Assembly: GCA_041556555.1 (NCBI GenBank)
Contig: JBFFIE010000004.1
Coordinates: forward strand, 14,363-78,362
DNA from: Gammaproteobacteria bacterium
Lineage (GTDB): Bacteria; Pseudomonadota; Gammaproteobacteria; Eutrophobiales; Eutrophobiaceae
Direction: 5' to 3'
DNA: 64,000 nucleotides
The translations under genes were made by a program, and so were the position numbers. Below the pieces are notes generated by a model. That model worked only from the letters and a program-made list of their open reading frames with translations. It was not told where the DNA came from and did no database searches. Each line of letters starts with the position of its first letter. The first letter of the stretch is position 1. Of this stretch, positions 59,783 through 64,000 are shown in pieces.

Positions 59783-59845
59783 TTGCCTGTTTTGGTTTAA
59801 AGATAATTCCGTAGTATCCTCAATGAGTGCACTACGGGATAAACA

Positions 59846-60592
59846 TTACATCATGTGTTGACCGCCGTTGATTGAAAAATCTGCACCAGTTGCAAATCCG
59901 GCTTCTTCAGAACAAAGATAGCCAACCAGCGCAGCAATTTCCTCTGATGTGCCCAGACGCCCAATAGGTATCCCGGCAATAATCTTGTCACGTATTTCTT
60001 CAGGAACTGCCATAACCATTTCCGTTGCAATGTAACCTGGGGAAACAGTATTCACTGTGACACCCTTGCGTGCAACCTCCTGTGCCAGAGACATGGTAAA
60101 CCCATGCATGCCGGCCTTGGAAGCGGTGTAATTGGTTTGGCCTATCTGTCCCTTTTGTCCATTGATGGAAGAAATGTTAATGATCCGGCCCCAACCGCTG
60201 GATGTCATGTGATCGATAACCTGTTTGGTTACATTATAAAGACTATCCAGATTGATGTTCATCACCGCGTCCCACTGTTCCCTGGTCATTTTACGGAAAG
60301 TTGTGTCTTTCGTAATGCCGGCGTTGTTAACTAGGATATCAACTGGACCAATGTCTGCTTCAATCTTCTTAACCAAATCGGTGCATTCCTCCAGACTGGA
60401 AACATCAGCCTGATAGGCAGCGATATCAAACCCCTTGGCCTTGGCTGCCTCCTGCCATTTGCGGGCCTTTTCCTCGTTACGATAATTGGTGGCGACCTTG
60501 GCACCGGCTTCTGCGAGACGCAGGCAAATGGCTGCACCGATGCCACCGGTACCACCGGTAACCAGAGCTACTTTTCCTTTCAGATTTGTCAT
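59846..60592 (-). CDS. phaB: Acetoacetyl-CoA reductase
   Basis: 248 aa SDR with TGGTGGIG, NAGITKD, YTASKAG; follows phaA. Confidence 0.85.
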   Translation of the reverse strand: MTNLKGKVALVTGGTGGIGAAICLRLAEAGAKVATNYRNEEKARKWQEAAKAKGFDIAAYQADVSSLEECTDLVKKIEADIGPVDILVNNAGITKDTTFRKMTREQWDAVMNINLDSLYNVTKQVIDHMTSSGWGRIINISSINGQKGQIGQTNYTASKAGMHGFTMSLAQEVARKGVTVNTVSPGYIATEMVMAVPEEIRDKIIAGIPIGRLGTSEEIAALVGYLCSEEAGFATGADFSINGGQHMM

Positions 60593-60597
60593 TGTTA

Positions 60598-61782
60598 TTA
60601 CCTCTCTACTGCCAGAGCGATACCCTGACCGCCACCGATACAGAGCGTGGCAAGACCTTTCTTGGCATCGCTGCGTTTCATTTCATGAAGTAATGTGACC
60701 AGGACACGGCAACCGGAGGCACCAATGGGGTGACCCAGGGCAATGGCACCGCCGTTTACATTGACCTTTGCTGTATCCCAGCCCACATCCCGGTTAACGG
60801 AAATTGCCTGGGCTGCAAAGGCTTCATTGGCTTCAACCAGATCCAGGTCATCGACAGACCAGCCGGCCTTTTCCAGGCAACGTTTTGAGGCAGGGATCGG
60901 GCCGGTACCCATGATGGCAGGATCCACACCAGCGGTCGAGTAGGCCTTGATGGTCGCAAGGGGTTCAAGCCCCAGCTCCTTGGCCTTGCTCTCGGACATC
61001 ACCAGCACGGCCGCCGCACCATCGTTAATACCGGAAGCATTAGCGGCGGTTATCGTGCCGTCTTTCTTAAAGGCCGGACGAAGTCCAGCCAGACCCTCAG
61101 CAGTGACACCCGCACGGGGGAATTCATCCTTGGCAAACACGACCGGATCCCCCTTACGCTGGGGGATTTCGACGGGAATGATCTCATCATCGAATTTACC
61201 TGCTTTTTGTGCAGCTTCACATTTTTGTTGTGATTCCGCGGCAAACTGATCCTGTTCTTCACGGGAGATTTTATATTTTTCTGCAACATTCTCTGCGGTG
61301 ATACCCATGTGGTAATTATTAAAGACATCCCACAGGCCATCGTTAATCATGGTATCCACCAGTTTCCAGTCACCCATTTTCTGGCCGGTTCTTGACTTGG
61401 GCAGCACATGTGGCGAAAGACTCATGTTCTCCTGGCCACCTGCGACTACAATCTCGGAATCTCCAGCGAGAATTGACTGTGCAGCCAATGCAACGGATTT
61501 CAGTCCGCTACCACAGACCTTGTTTATGGTCATACAGGGAACAGAATGTGGCAGTCCGGCTTCGAGAGAAGCCTGTCGAGCTGGATTCATACCCGCACCC
61601 GCGGTCAAAACCTGACCGAATATTACTTCATCAACCTGATCGGGTTTAACACCTCCAGCCCGCTCTAATATACTTTTTATGACCAAGGCGCCTAGTTGAT
61701 GCGCCGGGGTTGTGGAAAGTGAGCCACCAAAGGAGCCTATAGCAGTCCGCCCGGCAGCAACGATAACAACATTGTTAGACAT
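60598..61782 (-). CDS. phaA: Acetyl-CoA acetyltransferase (beta-ketothiolase)
   Basis: 394 aa thiolase II; active-site Cys (VCGSGL), His ([17 protein letters not shown]), Cys ([12 protein letters not shown]). Confidence 0.9.
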   Translation of the reverse strand: MSNNVVIVAAGRTAIGSFGGSLSTTPAHQLGALVIKSILERAGGVKPDQVDEVIFGQVLTAGAGMNPARQASLEAGLPHSVPCMTINKVCGSGLKSVALAAQSILAGDSEIVVAGGQENMSLSPHVLPKSRTGQKMGDWKLVDTMINDGLWDVFNNYHMGITAENVAEKYKISREEQDQFAAESQQKCEAAQKAGKFDDEIIPVEIPQRKGDPVVFAKDEFPRAGVTAEGLAGLRPAFKKDGTITAANASGINDGAAAVLVMSESKAKELGLEPLATIKAYSTAGVDPAIMGTGPIPASKRCLEKAGWSVDDLDLVEANEAFAAQAISVNRDVGWDTAKVNVNGGAIALGHPIGASGCRVLVTLLHEMKRSDAKKGLATLCIGGGQGIALAVER

Positions 61783-61938
61783 GGAGCTTCTCCCCCCTTA
61801 ACGGGAATTCATTATTGTATAAGTCAACATCATTTAAACTTTTAAGTTTACGCTGCACTGCACAATAAATCCAGTTGATGTTAACAGAATCCCGAATTTC
61901 TGACCAGCAGCAGGCCCTGGATAGGCTCACAAAACAGT

Positions 61939-62847
61939 CTAAAACCAGTTTTCCCAGTAAGGCTTGGGCTGGAATTGTTGGTGCAGGAAATCCACAAAGG
62001 TCCGGACCTTTGCAGACAAATACTTGCGGTGCACATATGTTGCATAAATCGGTAATGCCTCAGGTTCGTAATCCTGAAGCACAGCTTCCAGCCGTTTGTG
62101 TTGTAAGTCCAAACCAACCAGATATGTCGGTAATTGTATCAGGCCGCTGCCCTGGATGGCTGCGATGCGCAGTGGATCACTGGTATTTGCCCGAAAATTT
62201 CCACGCAGGTTAAGGCTGACAGACTGGTCTTCGATTCTGAATTTCCAGCTGGTAAATATTGATCGTTGCGACAAGGTCAGGCAATTGTGATGTTGCAGGT
62301 CTGAGGGTTTTTCCGGTCTGCCGAAACGTCGAAAATAATCGGGGGCACCGCAGACAACAATGCGGGTCGTCGTCAGCCGCTTGGCAATCAGGGTAGAGTC
62401 GTCCTGTTCTCCCAGGCTGATGGCCAGGTCAATGCCGTCTTCAAACAGGTCCGCGGGCCGATTGGAGAGGACCATGTCTATCATGACTTCCGGGTAACGG
62501 CAGGAATATTCATACACGAGCCGGGCCAGGTGAAAGGAACCGAATGAGGGAGGGGTCATCACCCGAAGTTGGCCCCTGGGCTCGTTTTGCAAGCTGGCTG
62601 CCGCCTGTTCCGCCTCCTCAATCTCCTGGAGGATAGTGGCGATCTTTTCCCGGAAAATCTCACCACCCTCCGTCAGACTGAGGTGGCGCGTGGTCCGGTT
62701 GATCAATCGTATTCCCAGGTCTGACTCCAGGGCATTCATGTGCTTGGAGGCCATGGCTCGGGAAATACCCAGCTCCTCGGCTGCAGCCGAGAACGTGCCC
62801 AGGCGGGCTGCCGTAACAAAGACCTTCATGCCGGTGAGTTTATCCAC
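61939..62847 (-). CDS. LysR family transcriptional regulator
   Basis: N-terminal HTH (MDKLTGMKVFVTAARLGTFSAAAEELGISRAMASKHMNALE) plus LysR substrate-binding domain. Confidence 0.85.
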   Translation of the reverse strand: MDKLTGMKVFVTAARLGTFSAAAEELGISRAMASKHMNALESDLGIRLINRTTRHLSLTEGGEIFREKIATILQEIEEAEQAAASLQNEPRGQLRVMTPPSFGSFHLARLVYEYSCRYPEVMIDMVLSNRPADLFEDGIDLAISLGEQDDSTLIAKRLTTTRIVVCGAPDYFRRFGRPEKPSDLQHHNCLTLSQRSIFTSWKFRIEDQSVSLNLRGNFRANTSDPLRIAAIQGSGLIQLPTYLVGLDLQHKRLEAVLQDYEPEALPIYATYVHRKYLSAKVRTFVDFLHQQFQPKPYWENWF

Positions 62848-62857
62848 GTATCCGCTA

Positions 62858-62880
62858 ATTATTTCTTATTAAGAAATAAT
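62858..62880. promoter_or_regulatory. Perfect 11-bp inverted repeat ATTATTTCTTA-T-TAAGAAATAAT (LysR-type T-N11-A box) upstream of lysR
   Basis: Directly visible palindrome 11-33 bp upstream of lysR start. Confidence 0.5.
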
Positions 62881-63090
62881 AATTTAATAAAATTGATATT
62901 GTAATTATTAAGGATACAATAGATTATTGCGCAGTGCACAAAAATTGGTTGGATTTCTAGAGATAATCCCTATTTGCTATGACCACTGATTTTTGCCTCC
63001 TTTTATCAGTGTAGTTACTTACCCCCAAGACACACTGATCTTGCGATACACACGGAAGTGTATTTTTATTTTTCCCCAAGAAGCGCCTTA

Positions 63091-64000
<910 letters not shown>

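Noticed and set aside
61875-62290. Plus-strand ORFs overlapping the lysR 3-prime end
   Set aside because: Antisense to a well-supported LysR gene; no motifs.

Overview
The window is a 64 kb chromosomal segment from a Gram-negative bacterium, most likely a gammaproteobacterium. This is inferred from the gene content: a fabA-fabB pair, an rnfABCDG operon, metG divergent from apbC/mrp, an endonuclease I, and a class III PHA synthase (phaE-phaC). Coding is dense and on both strands. I saw no integrase, transposase, CRISPR array or phage genes.

The main blocks are:
- **1-2.4 kb:** yajQ (partial), a DUF3301 protein, apbE and endA.
- **2.4-2.7 kb:** tRNA-Ser(CGA) with a scrambled partial tRNA-Ser copy beside it.
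- **2.8-5.1 kb:** a Sel1-repeat protein divergent from srkA.
- **5.1-6.4 kb:** a REC-EAL response regulator.
- **6.6-13.6 kb:** a DUF484 protein followed by metG-rnfABCDG; no rnfE is present.
- **13.8-17.5 kb:** apbC, dcd, cysG and a lipoprotein.
- **17.5-19.9 kb:** a GGDEF cyclase, msrB and a standalone EgtD-like methyltransferase.
- **20.0-26.1 kb:** an AddB/AddA-type nuclease-helicase pair.
- **26.1-28.6 kb:** a small membrane protein, a SAM methyltransferase frameshifted at an A9 tract, a degenerate type IV pilin homolog and a CDF transporter. These follow the add genes tightly on the same strand.
- **28.7-35.1 kb:** housekeeping and accessory genes (AKR, slyD, NYN, GNAT, SDR, tag, arfB, DUF938, GNAT), including an AT-rich NYN/GNAT islet.
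- **35.1-46.9 kb:** typA, a DASS transporter, an orphan TupA-like binding protein, an RCK-antiporter coupled to two unknown secreted/HExxH genes, fabB, fabA, ispG and pmp3.
- **47.0-51.8 kb:** an AcoR-like sigma-54 activator followed by acs and ppa.
- **51.9-54.4 kb:** a PAS-GGDEF-EAL sensor.
- **54.6-62.8 kb:** a large PHA locus, ordered phaP1, phaE, phaC on the plus strand converging on phaP2, long phaB, phaR, phaB, phaA and lysR on the minus strand.
- **63.1-64.0 kb:** a partial lpdA.

The PHA locus gave the most interesting signals. A PhaB paralog carries a ~95-aa N-terminal extension. The phasin tail is encoded by a 15-bp tandem array, and PhaE ends in a lysine-rich tail. A conserved TGCAATGCAATAT motif sits at the same position upstream of both phasin genes, with a looser related site upstream of phaA; it is a candidate PhaR operator.
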